NCBI GenBank assembly: GCA_040954595.2
Contig: CM082587.2
Location: 4,048,093-4,112,092 of the forward strand
DNA from: Balanoglossus misakiensis
Taxonomy: Eukaryota; Animalia; Hemichordata
DNA: 64,000 nt
Direction of reading: 5' to 3'
Part shown: in pieces, positions 30,501 to 45,000 of the stretch
Numbering within the stretch: position 1 is the stretch's first letter
Layout of the letters: the number at the start of each line of letters is the position of its first letter
Position numbers and translations under genes: made by a program
The notes under the pieces: generated by a model
Database searches by the model: none
Told to the model about the DNA's origin: nothing
The model's input: only the letters and a program-made list of their open reading frames with translations

Positions 30501-32999
30501 AAAAAAATGTTGAATATCGCCTGAGGCACGAATTTATTAGAGACGCTTAATTTGGGAAGTACACTTAACGGGCAATAGAAATTACTATGATGAAAGAGGC
30601 ATCCGTATTGCAGGTAACACAAAGGGCACGTTTATAATTTGAACATGGAAATAGATGGCAAAAGTGCATGGAAGTAATTATTGCTGAAGAATTCACTGAT
30701 AGATAGACTCTGTCACCAAATTGGACACTTTAATGATGGCTGTCCTGTTTCATCGGTCGTTGCGCGTGGAAAGGCTTCCTTGAAGGTGAAGGGTAAATAC
30801 CGGGCACCTCTTTCCAAACGAGCCGCACTCACTCCGCGCGAACGGCCATAAATCCACCCTCGTTTGACGCAACCCCGCACAATTATTTGAGATTAACTTT
30901 TAAATATAAAAGGGGTGAAGTAGACGTGTTATTATCATCGCATATAACTGCCGAGGTGTCCGTGTCACGTGTTCACCGCTGATTTACTACAATTTGCAAC
31001 GTGACGTCACAGCCGTGCGCACAAATTGTTTTCAGCTAATATCTGCTCCACTCTATGGTGTTTAAAATCGGGCAACATTGCCTCTTTCTAACGAAACACG
31101 AAAATATTTGCAATGTTAAATACAAAGGTACAGCTTGCTACGCGTGTACGGTTATTGGTCATTCTGTGCCAGACAATACTTTTTCTCGCCTAAGACTTTG
31201 ACAGAATATTCTGATCTTTCGCTCTAGATTGTATTTTGTTGTTTTCTAAGTGACCATGAACAGGATACCAGAGAGTGTCAAAAATCAGGGAGTGGACTAT
31301 GTAGTATAATCATGGCATTTTACTACGTATGGCTCTGTTTCTATGGAGTCACCCAGACATTTAACATAATTACACGTCCTGCACACGCGCGCATCCTCCA
31401 GTAACACAATTCCCGGCCTGTCGGGGCGATTAATTGACCACGACGGCTGGTATTTGCCAGACGTGTGGAGCAGAAAGCACGATCCCTCCCTAACAATTAC
31501 ACAATGGCTCTGACGCTGAATTAAAGCTTTTCTTGGTTTATTGGTGGAAATGGTCGAGGAAATTAGATTTAGACGCACTCTTATCAGACATTCAAAGCGT
31601 AATAAATTTCACTGTATACACACGTCGTTTTTACAACCCATACAGCATATTAAGTAATATGACATGCACATTTGGGCCTATATGCGGATTGGGGTACACA
31701 TGCATTGCCGTATGCGGAGGTTGGAGTGTTGGTGGTGGGTTGGGGTGTGGAAACATCCGATAGACGCGACGCACAGGTAGGTATGATGCGCGCCGCCATG
31801 AGTGGAGTAAACAAATCACAGTCACGCAGAAGAATGCAGAGGCGGGGACAGACAGACAGACAGACAAACAGACTGACAGGCAGACGGAATGATAGTCAGA
31901 AAGACAAAGAAACAAACAATGTCGGGATAACAGGAGCGATAATTTAGTGACCTGTCACGCTGTACAGACGAGAATGTACAGGGAGAAAAAACATCCAATT
32001 TACCGAAGAAATGAATCTTCTGAAGACAGCTATAAGATGACAGGGGCTAAAAGTTCCTATTAAGGTACATCTATTTTGTTAGTCGGTTGCTCGGCAGATT
32101 TTGATAGTACAGTGCGAGCTAAAAGAGGCGAAGATCGATGTTGATGATAGGATTCTTTCAACGACATCGTTTCGAGATAGTACTTTGATTTATTAGCGTT
32201 ATTCAGCAAATCAATCTCTGTAATCTCTCGAAAAAAAGTTTTAAGGTGGTCGATACTTCTCTGCTAGCCTGATCTCGCAAATATGGGCAGGCTCACTTTG
32301 ACCACTTTATCCCCGATTACCTCGAAGCAATAGGGCTCGAATTCCAAATCTCTGTATCGTTTTCTAATAATTTTAATATTCAGCTATTTTGAAGACCCAT
32401 TAAAACACTTTAATCTAAACATTTCATATTTTATTTAATTTACGATTTCCAGGTTAATTGTCTATAATTTTTCGCGCGACCGGGGTATACCCGCCACCAC
32501 AGAAATCATTCGTTATCAACACACATTACAGAGTGTTCGTCAAACGGTGACCTTTTCTGCTTAGCATTCTTACAGTGTATCCCCCGGGGAGAACCAGCTA
32601 GGAAATGAACACTTAAAAGAATACATGAAATGTGACATAACAACACTGGAGCGTTTAATCACTTACAAGAAATCGTTCTCGATTGGCTAAACTCACCGAG
32701 ACGTGTAAGCCGTTTACGAAACTGTAGGCGCCCTGCAAGTGTTTTTGACTGTTTTTTTTTCTGGTTTATGAAAAGGATGACCCTTCAACCAATCTTACAA
32801 ATTATATTACTTAGAAGAAAATAAGGGGTTATTCGTTCCGGCATATACGGCAATAGCAAAATATTTTACTTATAAATGCAAGGATGTAAATGTAGGTATA
32901 TATGAGTATAATTTATATAGATACATACTGACAAACACATCATACACATGGGTCAACCGTCAGTAAAAGCCTGGTTCTAAGGACCAAAAAATGTCCGTT

Positions 33000-33080
33000 A
33001 GCACCACGATCAGCAAGAGCGTGGTTCATGGGACAAAACATTGTTGGTGAGCACCACGATCAGCAAGAGCATGGCTTATA
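33000..33080 (+). repeat. Two-copy ~50-bp-period direct repeat at the left junction of the satellite
   Basis: AGCACCACGATCAGCAAGAGC occurs at ~33000 and ~33050; the second copy runs directly into the first diverged satellite monomer. Confidence 0.8.
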
Positions 33081-36000
33081 GCTCATGATTTTTATCAAAC
33101 AATGACAATTTTTCGAGTTTGCGAATTTTGAAAATTTGGTCATTTTTTGAAAAAACCATGGGTTATAGCTCAGGAAAATCGTCAAAAATCGAGGATTTTT
33201 CGAGTTTGCGAATTTTGAAAATTTGGTCATTTTTTGAAAAAACCATGGGTTATAGCTCAGGAAAATCGTCAAAAATCGAGGATTTTTCGAGTTTGCGAAT
33301 TTTGAAAATTTGGTCATTTTTTGAAAAAACCATGGGTTATAGCTCAGGAAAATCGTCAAAAATCGAGGATTTTTCGAGTTTGCGAATTTTGAAAATTTGG
33401 TCATTTTTTGAAAAAACCATGGGTTATAGCTCAGGAAAATCGTCAAAAATCGAGGATTTTTCGAGTTTGCGAATTTTGAAAATTTGGTCATTTTTTGAAA
33501 AAACCATGGGTTATAGCTCAGGAAAATCGTCAAAAATCGAGGATTTTTCGAGTTTGCGAATTTTGAAAATTTGGTCATTTTTTGAAAAAACCATGGGTTA
33601 TAGCTCAGGAAAATCGTCAAAAATCGAGGATTTTTCGAGTTTGCGAATTTTGAAAATTTGGTCATTTTTTGAAAAAACCATGGGTTATAGCTCAGGAAAA
33701 TCGTCAAAAATCGAGGATTTTTCGAGTTTGCGAATTTTGAAAATTTGGTCATTTTTTGAAAAAACCATGGGTTATAGCTCAGGAAAATCGTCAAAAATCG
33801 AGGATTTTTCGAGTTTGCGAATTTTGAAAATTTGGTCATTTTTTGAAAAAACCATGGGTTATAGCTCAGGAAAATCGTCAAAAATCGAGGATTTTTCGAG
33901 TTTGCGAATTTTGAAAATTTGGTCATTTTTTGAAAAAACCATGGGTTATAGCTCAGGAAAATCGTCAAAAATCGAGGATTTTTCGAGTTTGCGAATTTTG
34001 AAAATTTGGTCATTTTTTGAAAAAACCATGGGTTATAGCTCAGGAAAATCGTCAAAAATCGAGGATTTTTCGAGTTTGCGAATTTTGAAAATTTGGTCAT
34101 TTTTTGAAAAAACCATGGGTTATAGCTCAGGAAAATCGTCAAAAATCGAGGATTTTTCGAGTTTGCGAATTTTGAAAATTTGGTCATTTTTTGAAAAAAC
34201 CATGGGTTATAGCTCAGGAAAATCGTCAAAAATCGAGGATTTTTCGAGTTTGCGAATTTTGAAAATTTGGTCATTTTTTGAAAAAACCATGGGTTATAGC
34301 TCAGGAAAATCGTCAAAAATCGAGGATTTTTCGAGTTTGCGAATTTTGAAAATTTGGTCATTTTTTGAAAAAACCATGGGTTATAGCTCAGGAAAATCGT
34401 CAAAAATCGAGGATTTTTCGAGTTTGCGAATTTTGAAAATTTGGTCATTTTTTGAAAAAACCATGGGTTATAGCTCAGGAAAATCGTCAAAAATCGAGGA
34501 TTTTTCGAGTTTGCGAATTTTGAAAATTTGGTCATTTTTTGAAAAAACCATGGGTTATAGCTCAGGAAAATCGTCAAAAATCGAGGATTTTTCGAGTTTG
34601 CGAATTTTGAAAATTTGGTCATTTTTTGAAAAAACCATGGGTTATAGCTCAGGAAAATCGTCAAAAATCGAGGATTTTTCGAGTTTGCGAATTTTGAAAA
34701 TTTGGTCATTTTTTGAAAAAACCATGGGTTATAGCTCAGGAAAATCGTCAAAAATCGTGGATTTTTCGAGTTTGCGAATTTTGAAAATTTGGTCATTTTT
34801 TGAAAAAACCATGGGTTATAGCTCAGGAAAATCGTCAAAAATCGAGGATTTTTCGAGTTTGCGAATTTTGAAAATTTGGTCATTTTTTGAAAAACCCATG
34901 GGTTATAGCTCAGGAAAATCGTCAAAAATCGAGGATTTTTCGAGTTTGCGAATTTTGAAAATTTGGTCATTTTTTGAAAAAACCATGGGTTATAGCTCAG
35001 GAAAATCGTCAAAAATCGAGGATTTTTCGAGTTTGCGAATTTTGAAAATTTGGTCATTTTTTGAAAAAACCATGGGTTATAGCTCAGGAAAATCGTCAAA
35101 AATCGAGGATTTTTCGAGTTTGCGAATTTTGAAAATTTGGTCATTTTTTGAAAAAACCATGGGTTATAGCTCAGGAAAATCGTCAAAAATCGAGGATTTT
35201 TCGAGTTTGCGAATTTTGAAAATTTGGTCATTTTTTGAAAAAACCATGGGTTATAGCTCAGGAAAATCGTCAAAAATCGAGGATTTTTCGAGTTTGCGAA
35301 TTTTGAAAATTTGGTCATTTTTTGAAAAAACCATGGGTTATAGCTCAGGAAAATCGTCAAAAATCGAGGATTTTTCGAGTTTGCGAATTTTGAAAATTTG
35401 GTCATTTTTTGAAAAAAACATGGGTTATAGCTTAGGAAAATCGTCAAAAATCGAGGATTTTTCGAGTTTGCGAATTTTGAAAATTTGGTCATTTTTTGAA
35501 AAAACCATGGGTTATAGCTCAGGAAAATCGTCAAAAATCGAGGATTTTTCGAGTTTGCGAATTTTGAAAATTTGGTCATTTTTTGAAAAAACCATGGGTT
35601 ATAGCTCAGGAAAATCGTCAAAAATCGTGGATTTTTCGAGTTTGCGAATTTTGAAAATTTGGTCATTTTTTGAAAAAACCATGGGTTATAGCTCAGGAAA
35701 ATCGTCAAAAATCGAGGATTTTTCGAGTTTGCGAATTTTGAAAATTTGGTCATTTTTTGAAAAAACCATGGGTTATAGCTCAGGAAAATCGTCAAAAATC
35801 GAGGATTTTTCGAGTTTGCGAATTTTGAAAATTTGGTCATTTTTTGAAAAAACCATGGGTTATAGCTCAGGAAAATCGTCAAAAATCGAGGATTTTTCGA
35901 GTTTGCGAATTTTGAAAATTTGGTCATTTTTTGAAAAAACCATGGGTTATAGCTCAGGAAAATCGTCAAAAATCGAGGATTTTTCGAGTTTGCGAACTTT

Positions 36001-39000
36001 GAAAATTTGGTCATTTTTTGAAAAAACCATGGGTTATAGCTCAGGAAAATCGTCAAAAATCGAGGATTTTTCGAGTTTGCGAACTTTGAAAATTTGGTCA
36101 TTTTTTGAAAAAACCATGGGTTATAGCTCAGGAAAATCGTCAAAAATCGAGGATTTTTCGAGTTTGCGAATTTTGAAAATTTGGTCATTTTTTGAAAAAA
36201 CCATGGGTTATAGCTCAGGAAAATCGTCAAAAATCGAGGATTTTTCGAGTTTGCGAATTTTGAAAATTTGGTCATTTTTTGAAAAAACCATGGGTTATAG
36301 CTCAGGAAAATCGTCAAAAATCGAGGATTTTTCGAGTTTGCGAATTTTGAAAATTTGGTCATTTTTTGAAAAAACCATGGGTTATAGCTCAGGAAAATCG
36401 TCAAAAATCGAGGATTTTTCGAGTTTGCGAATTTTGAAAATTTGGTCATTTTTTGAAAAAACCATGGGTTATAGCTCAGGAAAATCGTCAAAAATCGAGG
36501 ATTTTTCGAGTTTGCGAATTTTGAAAATTTGGTCATTTTTTGAAAAAAACCATGGGTTATAGCTCAGGAAAATCGTCAAAAATCGAGGATTTTTCGAGTT
36601 TGCGAATTTTGAAAATTTGGTCATTTTTTGAAAAAACCATGGGTTATAGCTCAGGAAAATCGTCAAAAATCGAGGATTTTTCGAGTTTGCGAATTTTGAT
36701 AATTTGGTCATTTTTTGAAAAAAACATGGGTTATAGCTCAGGAAAATCGTCAAAAATCGAGGATTTTTCGAGTTTGCGAATTTTGAAAATTTGGTCATTT
36801 TTTGAAAAAACCATGGGTTATAGCTCAGGAAAATCGTCAAAAATCGAGGATTTTTCGAGTTTGCGAATTTTGAAAATTTGGTCATTTTTTGAAAAAACCA
36901 TGGGTTATAGCTCAGGAAAATCGTCAAAAATCGAGGATTTTTCGAGTTTGCGAATTTTGAAAATTTGGTCATTTTTTGAAAAAACCATGGGTTATAGCTC
37001 AGGAAAATCGTCAAAAATCGAGGATTTTTCGAGTTTGCGAATTTTGAAAATTTGGTCATTTTTTGAAAAAAACCATGGGTTAGAGCTCAGGAAAATCGTC
37101 AAAAATCGAGGATTTTTCGAGTTTGCGAATTTTGAAAATTTGGTCATTTTTTGAAAAAACCATGGGTTATAGCTCAGGAAAATCGTCAAAAATCGAGGAT
37201 TTTTCGAGTTTGCGAATTTTGAAAATTTGGTCATTTTTTGAAAAAACCATGGGTTATAGCTCAGGAAAATCGTCAAAATCGAGGATTTTTCGAGTTTGCG
37301 AATTTTGAAAATTTGGTCATTTTTTGAAAAAACCATGGGTTATAGCTCAGGAAAATCGTCAAAAATCGAGGATTTTTCGAGTTTGCGAATTTTGAAAATT
37401 TGGTCATTTTTTGAAAAAACCATGGGTTATAGCTCAGGAAAATCGTCAAAAATCGAGGATTTTTCGAGTTTGCGAATTTTGAAAATTTGGTCATTTTTTG
37501 AAAAAACCATGGGTTATAGCTCAGGAAAATCGTCAAAAATCGAGGATTTTTCGAGTTTGCGAATTTTGAAAATTTGGTCATTTTTTGAAAAAACCATGGG
37601 TTATAGCTCAGGAAAATCGTCAAAAATCGAGGATTTTTCGAGTTTGCGAATTTTGAAAATTTGGTCATTTTTTGAAAAAAACCATGGGTTATAGCTCAGG
37701 AAAATCGTCAAAAATCGAGGATTTTTCGAGTTTGCGAATTTTGAAAATTTGGTCATTTTTTGAAAAAACCATGGGTTATAGCTCAGGAAAATCGTCAAAA
37801 ATCGAGGATTTTTCGAGTTTGCGAATTTTGAAAATTTGGTCATTTTTTGAAAAAACCATGGGTTATAGCTCAGGAAAATCGTCAAAAATCGAGGATTTTT
37901 CGAGTTTGCGAATTTTGAAAATTTGGTCATTTTTTGAAAAAACCATGGGTTATAGCTCAGGAAAATCGTCAAAAATCGAGGATTTTTCGAGTTTGCGAAT
38001 TTTGAAAATTTGGTCATTTTTTGAAAAAACCATGGGTTATAGCTCAGGAAAATCGTCAAAAATCGAGGATTTTTCGAGTTTGCGAATTTTGAAAATTTGG
38101 TCATTTTTTGAAAAAACCATGGGTTATAGCTCAGGAAAATCGTCAAAAATCGAGGATTTTTCGAGTTTGCGAATTTTGAAAATTTGGTCATTTTTTGAAA
38201 AAACCATGGGTTATAGCTCAGGAAATCGTCAAAAATCGAGGATTTTTCGAGTTTGCGAATTTTGAAAATTTGGTCATTTTTTGAAAAAACCATGGGTTAT
38301 AGCTCAGGAAAATCGTCAAAAATCGAGGATTTTTCGAGTTTGCGAATTTTGAAAATTTGGTCATTTTTTGAAAAAACCATGGGTTATAGCTCAGGAAAAT
38401 CGTCAAAAATCGAGGATTTTTCGAGTTTGCGAATGAATTTTGAAAATTTGGTCATTTTTTGAAAAAACCATGGGTTATAGCTCAGGAAAATCGTCAAAAA
38501 TCGAGGATTTTTCGAGTTTGCGAATTTTGAAAATTTGGTCATTTTTTGAAAAAACCATGGGTTATAGCTCAGGAAAATCTTCAAAAATCGAGGATTTTTC
38601 GAGTTTGCGAATTTTGAAAATTTGGTCATTTTTTGAAAAAACCATGGGTTATAGCTCAGGAAAATCGTCAAAAATCGAGGATTTTTCGAGTTTGCGAATT
38701 TTGAAAATTTGGTCATTTTTTGAAAAAACCATGGGTTATAGCTCAGGAAAATCGTCAAAAATCGAGGATTTTTCGAGTTTGCGAATTTTGAAAATTTGGT
38801 CATTTTTTGAAAAAACCATGGGTTATAGCTCAGGAAAATCGTCAAAAATCGAGGATTTTTCGAGTTTGCGAATTTTGAAAATTTGGTCATTTTTTGAAAA
38901 AACCATGGGTTATAGCTCAGGAAAATCGTCAAAAATCGAGGATTTTTCGAGTTTGCGAATTTTGAAAATTTGGTCATTTTTTGAAAAAACCATGGGTTAT

Positions 39001-42000
39001 AGCTCAGGAAAATCGTCAAAAATCGAGGATTTTTCGAGTTTGCGAATTTTGAAAATTTGGTCATTTTTTGAAAAAACCATGGGTTATAGCTCAGGAAAAT
39101 CGTCAAAAATCGAGGATTTTTCGAGTTTGCGAATTTTGAAAATTTGGTCATTTTTTGAAAAAACCATGGGTTATAGCTCAGGAAAATCGTCAAAAATCGA
39201 GGATTTTTCGAGTTTGCGAATTTTGAAAATTTGGTCATTTTTTGAAAAAACCATGGGTTATAGCTCAGGAAAATCGTCAAAAATCGAGGATTTTTCGAGT
39301 TTGCGAATTTTGAAAATTTGGTCATTTTTTGAAAAAACCATGGGTTATAGCTCAGGAAAATCGTCAAAAATCGAGGATTTTTCGAGTTTGCGAATTTTGA
39401 AAATTTGGTCATTTTTTGAAAAAACCATGGGTTATAGCTCAGGAAAATCGTCAAAAATCGAGGATTTTTCGAGTTTGCGAATTTTGAAAATTTGGTCATT
39501 TTTTGAAAAAACCATGGGTTATAGCTCAGGAAAATCGTCAAAAATCGAGGATTTTTCGAGTTTGCGAATTTTGAAAATTTGGTCATTTTTTGAAAAAACC
39601 ATGGGTTATAGCTCAGGAAAATCGTCAAAAATCGAGGATTTTTCGAGTTTGCGAATTTTGAAAATTTGGTCATTTTTTGAAAAAACCATGGGTTATAGCT
39701 CAGGAAAATCGTCAAAAATCGAGGATTTTTCGAGTTTGCGAATTTTGAAAATTTGGTCATTTTTTGAAAAAACCATGGGTTATAGCTCAGGAAAATCGTC
39801 AAAAATCGAGGATTTTTCGAGTTTGCGAATTTTGAAAATTTGGTCATTTTTTGAAAAAACCATGGGTTATAGCTCAGGAAAATCGTCAAAAATCGAGGAT
39901 TTTTCGAGTTTGCGAATTTTGAAAATTTGGTCATTTTTTGAAAAAACCATGGGTTATAGCTCAGGAAAATCGTCAAAAATCGAGGATTTTTCGAGTTTGC
40001 GAATTTTGAAAATTTGGTCATTTTTTGAAAAAACCATGGGTTATAGCTCAGGAAAATCGTCAAAAATCGAGGATTTTTCGAGTTTGCGAACTTTGAAAAT
40101 TTGGTCATTTTTTGAAAAAACCATGGGTTATAGCTCAGGAAAATCGTCAAAAATCGAGGATTTTTCGAGTTTGCGAATTTTGAAAATTTGGTCATTTTTT
40201 GAAAAAACCATGGGTTATAGCTCAGGAAAATCGTCAAAAATCGAGGATTTTTCGAGTTTGCGAATTTTGAAAATTTGGTCATTTTTTGAAAAAACCATGG
40301 GTTATAGCTCAGGAAAATCGTCAAAAATCGAGGATTTTTCGAGTTTGCGAATTTTAAAAATTTGGTCATTTTATGAAAAAACCATCGGTTATAGCTCAGG
40401 AAAATCGTCAAAAATCGAGGATTTTTCGAGTTTGCGAATTTTGAAAATTTGGTCATATTATGAAAAAACCATGGGTTATAGCTCAGGAAAATCGTCAAAA
40501 ATCGAGGATTTTTCGAGTTTGCGAATTTTGAAAATTTGGTCATTTTTTGAAAAAACCATGGGTTATAGCTCAGGAAAATCGTCAAAAATCGAGGATTTTT
40601 CGAGTTTGCGAATTTTGAAAATTTGGTCATTTTTTGAAAAAACCATGGGTTATAGCTCAGGAAAATCGTCAAAAATCGAGGATTTTTCGAGTTTGCGAAT
40701 TTTGAAAATTTGGTCATTTTTTGAAAAAACCATGGGTTATAGCTCAGGAAAATCGTCAAAAATCGAGGATTTTTCGAGTTTGCGAATTTTGAAAATTTGG
40801 TCATTTTTTGAAAAAACCATGGGTTATAGCTCAGGAAAATCGTCAAAAATCGAGGATTTTTCGAGTTTGCGAATTTTGAAAATTTGGTCATTTTTTGAAA
40901 AAACCATGGGTTATAGCTCAGGAAAATCGTCAAAAATCGAGGATTTTTCGAGTTTGCGAATTTTGAAAATTTGGTCATTTTTTGAAAAAACCATGGGTTA
41001 TAGCTCAGGAAAATCGTCAAAAATCGAGGATTTTTCGAGTTTGCGAACTTTGAAAATTTGGTCATTTTTTGAAAAAACCATGGGTTATAGCTCAGGAAAA
41101 TCGTCAAAAATCGAGGATTTTTCGAGTTTGCGAATTTTGAAAATTTGGTCATTTTTTGAAAAAACCATGGGTTATAGCTCAGGAAAATCGTCAAAAATCG
41201 AGGATTTTTCGAGTTTGCGAATTTTGAAAATTTGGTCATTTTTTGAAAAAACCATGGGTTATAGCTCAGGAAAATCGTCAAAAATCGAGGATTTTTCGAG
41301 TTTGCGAATTTTAAAAATTTGGTCATTTTATGAAAAAACCATGGGTTATAGCTCAGGAAAATCGTCAAAAATCGAGGATTTTTCGAGTTTGCGAATTTTG
41401 AAAATTTGGTCATATTATGAAAAAACCATGGGTTATAGCTCAGGAAAATCGTCAAAAATCGAGGATTTTTCGAGTTTGCGAACTTTGAAAATTTGGTCAT
41501 TTTATGAAAAAACCATGGGTTATAGCTCAGGTAAATCGTCAAAAATCGAGGATTTTTCGAGTTTGCGAATTTTGAAAATTTGGTCATTTTTTGAAAAAAC
41601 CATGGGTTATAGCTCAGGAAAATCGTCAAAAATCGAGGATTTTTCGAGTTTGCGAATTTTGAAAATTTGGTCATTTTTTGAAAAACCATGGGTTATAGCT
41701 CAGGAAAATCGTCAAAAATCGAGAATTTTTCGAGTTTGCGAATTTTGAAAATTTGGTCATTTTATGAAAAAACCATGGGTTATAGCTCAGGAAAATCGTC
41801 AAAAATCGAGGATTTTTCGAGTTTGCGAATTTTGAAAATTTGGTCATTTTATGAAAAAACCATGGGTTATAGCTCAGGAAAATCGTCAAAAATCGAGGAT
41901 TTTTCGAGTTTGCGAATTTTGAAAATTTGGTCATTTTATGAAAAAACCATGGGTTATAGCTCAGGAAAATCGTCAAAAATCGAGGATTTTTCGAGTTTGC

Positions 42001-45000
42001 GAATTTTGAAAATTTGGTCATTTTTTGAAAAAAACCATGGGTTATAGCTCAGGAAAATCGTCAAAAATCGAGGATTTTTCGAGTTTGCGAATTTTGAAAA
42101 TTTGGTCATTTTTTGAAAAAACCATGGGTTATAGCTCAGGAAAATCGTCAAAAATCGAGGATTTTTCGAGTTTGCGAATTTTGAAAATTTGGTCATTTTT
42201 TGAAAAAACCATGGGTTATAGCTCAGGAAAATCGTCAAAAATCGAGGATTTTTCGAGTTTGCGAATTTTGAAAATTTGGTCATTTTTTGAAAAAACCATG
42301 GGTTATAGCTCAGGAAAATCGTCAAAAATCGAGGATTTTTCGAGTTTGCGAATTTTGAAAATTTGGTCATTTTTTGAAAAAACCATGGGTTATAGCTCAG
42401 GAAAATCGTCAAAAATCGAGGATTTTTCGAGTTTGCGAATTTTGAAAATTTGGTCATTTTTTGAAAAAACCATGGGTTATAGCTCAGGAAAATCGTCAAA
42501 AATCGAGGATTTTTCGAGTTTGCGAATTTTGAAAATTTGGTCATTTTTTGAAAAAACCATGGGTTATAGCTCAGGAAAATCGTCAAAAATCGAGGATTTT
42601 TCGAGTTTGCGAATTTTGAAAATTTGGTCATTTTTTGAAAAAACCATGGGTTATAGCTCAGGAAAATCGTCAAAAATCGAGGATTTTTCGAGTTTGCGAA
42701 CTTTGAAAATTTGGTCATTTTTTGAAAAAACCATGGGTTATAGCTCAGGAAAATCGTCAAAAATCGAGGATTTTTCGAGTTTGCGAATTTTGAAAATTTG
42801 GTCATTTTTTGAAAAAACCATGGGGTATAGCTCAGGAAAATCGTCAAAAATCGAGAATTTTTCGAGTTTGCGAATTTTGAAAATTTGGTCATTTTTTTGA
42901 AAAAACCATGGGTTATAGCTCAGGAAAATCGTCAAAAATCGAGGATTTTTCGAGTTTGCGAATATTGAAAATTTGGTCATTTTTTGAAAAAACCATGGGT
43001 TATAGCTCAGGAAAATCGTCAAAAATCGAGGATTTTTCGAGTTTGCGAATTTTGAAAATTTGGTCATTTTTTGAAAAAACCATGGGTTATAGCTCAGGAA
43101 AATCGTCAAAAATCGAGGATTTTTCGAGTTTGCGAATTTTGAAAATTTGGTCATTTTTTGAAAAAACCATGGGTTATAGCTCAGGAAAATCGTCAAAAAT
43201 CGAGGATTTTTCGAGTTTGCGAATTTTGAAAATTTGGTCATTTTTTGAAAAAACCATGGGTTATAGCTCAGGAAAATCGTCAAAAATCGAGGATTTTTCG
43301 AGTTTGCGAATTTTGAAAATTTGGTCATTTTTTGAAAAAACCATGGGTTATAGCTCAGGAAAATCGTCAAAAATCGAGGATTTTTCGAGTTTGCGAATTT
43401 TGAAAATTTGGTCATTTTTTGAAAAAAACCATGGGTTATAGCTCAGGAAAATCGTCAAAAATCGAGGATTTTTCGAGTTTGCGAATTTTGAAAATTTGGT
43501 CATTTTTTGAAAAAACCATGGGTTATAGCTCAGGAAAATCGTCAAAAATCGAGGATTTTTCGAGTTTGCGAATTTTGAAAATTTGGTCATTTTTTGAAAA
43601 AAACATGGGTTATAGCTCAGGAAAATCGTCAAAAATCGAGGATTTTTCGAGTTTGCGAATTTTGAAAATTTGGTCATTTTTTGAAAAAACCATGGGTTAT
43701 AGCTCAGGAAAATCGTCAAAAATCGAGGATTTTTCGAGTTTGCGAATTTTGAAAATTTGGTCATTTTTTGAAAAAACCATGGGTTATAGCTCAGGAAAAT
43801 CGTCAAAAATCGAGGATTTTTCGAGTTTGCGAATTTTGAAAATTTGGTCATTTTTTGAAAAAACCATGGGTTATAGCTCAGGAAAATCGTCAAAAATCGA
43901 GGATTTTTCGAGTTTGCGAATTTTGAAAATTTGGTCATTTTTTGAAAAAACCATGGGTTATAGCTCAGGAAAATCGTCAAAAATCGAGGATTTTTCGAGT
44001 TTGCGAATTTTGAAAATTTGGTCATTTTTTGAAAAAACCATGGGTTATAGCTCAGGAAAATCGTCAAAAATCGAGGATTTTTCGAGTTTGCGAATTTTGA
44101 AAATTTGGTCATTTTTTGAAAAAACCATGGGTTATAGCTCAGGAAAATCGTCAAAAATCGAGGATTTTTCGAGTTTGCGAATTTTGAAAATTTGGTCATT
44201 TTTTGAAAAAACCATGGGTTATAGCTCAGGAAAATCTTCAAAAATCGAGGATTTTTCGAGTTTGCGAATTTTGAAAATTTGGTCATTTTTTGAAAAAACC
44301 ATGGGTTATAGCTCAGGAAAATCGTCAAAAATCGAGGATTTTTCGAGTTTGCGAATTTTGAAAATTTGGTCATTTTTTGAAAAAACCATGGGTTATAGCT
44401 CAGGAAAATCGTCAAAAATCGAGGATTTTTCGAGTTTGCGAATTTTGAAAATTTGGTCATTTTTTGAAAAAACCATGGGTTATAGCTCAGGAAAATCGTC
44501 AAAAATCGAGGATTTTTCGAGTTTGCGAATTTTGAAAATTTGGTCATTTTTTGAAAAAACCATGGGTTATAGCTCAGGAAAATCGTCAAAAATCGAGGAT
44601 TTTTCGAGTTTGCGAATTTTGAAAATTTGGTAATTTTTTGAAAAAACCATGGGTTATAGCTCAGGAAAATCGTCAAAAATCGAGGATTTTTCGAGTTTGC
44701 GAATTTTGAAAATTTGGTCATTTTTTGAAAAAACCATGGGTTATAGCTCAGGAAAATCGTCAAAAATCGAGGATTTTTCGAGTTTGCGAATTTTGAAAAT
44801 TTGGTCATTTTTTGAAAAAACCATGGGTTATAGCTCAGGAAAATCGTCAAAAATCGAGGATTTTTCGAGTTTGCGAATTTTGAAAATTTGGTCATTTTTT
44901 GAAAAAACCATGGGTTATAGCTCAGGAAAATCGTCAAAAATCGAGGATTTTTCGAGTTTGCGAATTTTGAAAATTTGGTCATTTTTTGAAAAAACCATGG

